Assembly (NCBI GenBank): GCA_964564435.1 | Contig: CAZMAT010000002.1 | Span: 140,002-204,001 of the forward strand | Length of the DNA stretch: 64,000 bases | Direction: 5' to 3' | Source of the DNA: an uncultured bacterium | GTDB taxonomy: Bacteria > Fermentibacterota > Fermentibacteria > Fermentibacterales > Fermentibacteraceae | In this document: positions 63,990 through 64,000 of the stretch, in pieces | Layout: the number at the start of each line of letters is the position of its first letter | Numbering within the stretch: the stretch's first letter is position 1 | The notes under the pieces: generated by a model | Seen by the model: only the letters and a program-made list of their open reading frames with translations | Database searches by the model: none | Told to the model about the DNA's origin: nothing | Translations under genes and position numbers: made by a program

Positions 63990-64000
63990 CCTCGAGGCTC

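Noticed and set aside
1-64000. CRISPR arrays or other short-period repeat arrays
   Set aside because: No regularly spaced short direct repeats were seen. The only repeats are the 2x70-nt duplication at 9826-9982 and scattered 8-16-mers in the 9.4-9.9 kb intergenic region.

Overview
High-GC (~65-70%) bacterial chromosomal window, probably from an uncultivated lineage: an FlgD-Ig/T9SS-like C-terminal sorting domain, GerM, MglA GTPases, DUF2723 and TAT signals occur together. Coding density is very high, with many 4-nt ATGA/GTGA start-stop overlaps. No transposases, phage genes or CRISPR arrays were found.

Content from left to right:
- 1-3.9 kb: hutI, rpmA, an M14 carboxypeptidase with a secretion-sorting tail, and tRNA-Pro(TGG).
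- 4-9.4 kb: a PHP-domain::GT4 glycosyltransferase fusion, a beta-propeller lipoprotein, and a TonB-dependent-receptor-like outer-membrane protein.
- 9.9-14 kb: FAD oxidoreductase, LPG-synthase-TM/flippase-like protein, and an ABC-2 exporter.
- 14-19.9 kb: M18 aminopeptidase and a 1417-aa double BadF/BcrA-type activase fused to an HgdB-like dehydratase.
- 20-24.7 kb: an operon of two paralogous AlkP-superfamily type I phosphodiesterases plus a membrane protein.
- 24.7-26.5 kb: ATP sulfurylase followed by two small proteins sharing a C-terminal tail motif.
- 26.6-31.2 kb: a second ABC-2 exporter, small secreted proteins, a GNAT, and two tandem cNMP-binding-domain-only proteins.
- 31.2-35.5 kb: a Firmicutes-like rdgB-rph-murI-gerM-amidase-smpB cluster.
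- 35.6-38.9 kb: tRNA-Leu(CAG), an orphan oadB-like beta subunit, rmlC, nth, and a W/D/Y-rich tandem-repeat secreted protein.
- 39.1-43.5 kb: a tightly coupled radical-SAM/SPASM enzyme, a SucC-like ATP-grasp subunit fused to a 2x[4Fe-4S] ferredoxin, a SucD-like CoA-ligase alpha subunit, and a divergent double GNAT. This is the best candidate for an undescribed modification or biosynthetic system.
- 43.5-64 kb: a 20-kb co-directional minus-strand run: sulfatase-like protein, polA, two GT9 heptosyltransferases, a TPR protein, CDP-alcohol phosphatidyltransferase, tRNA-Gly(CCC), dapF, a GT-C membrane glycosyltransferase, mglA-1, a DUF2723 GT-C-like protein, xerD, topA, a zinc-ribbon membrane protein, mglA-2 and tatA.

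Three genes (AlkP-1, smpB, polA) appear to need non-ATG starts (CTG, CTG, GTG). Each non-ATG start has a good Shine-Dalgarno sequence upstream.
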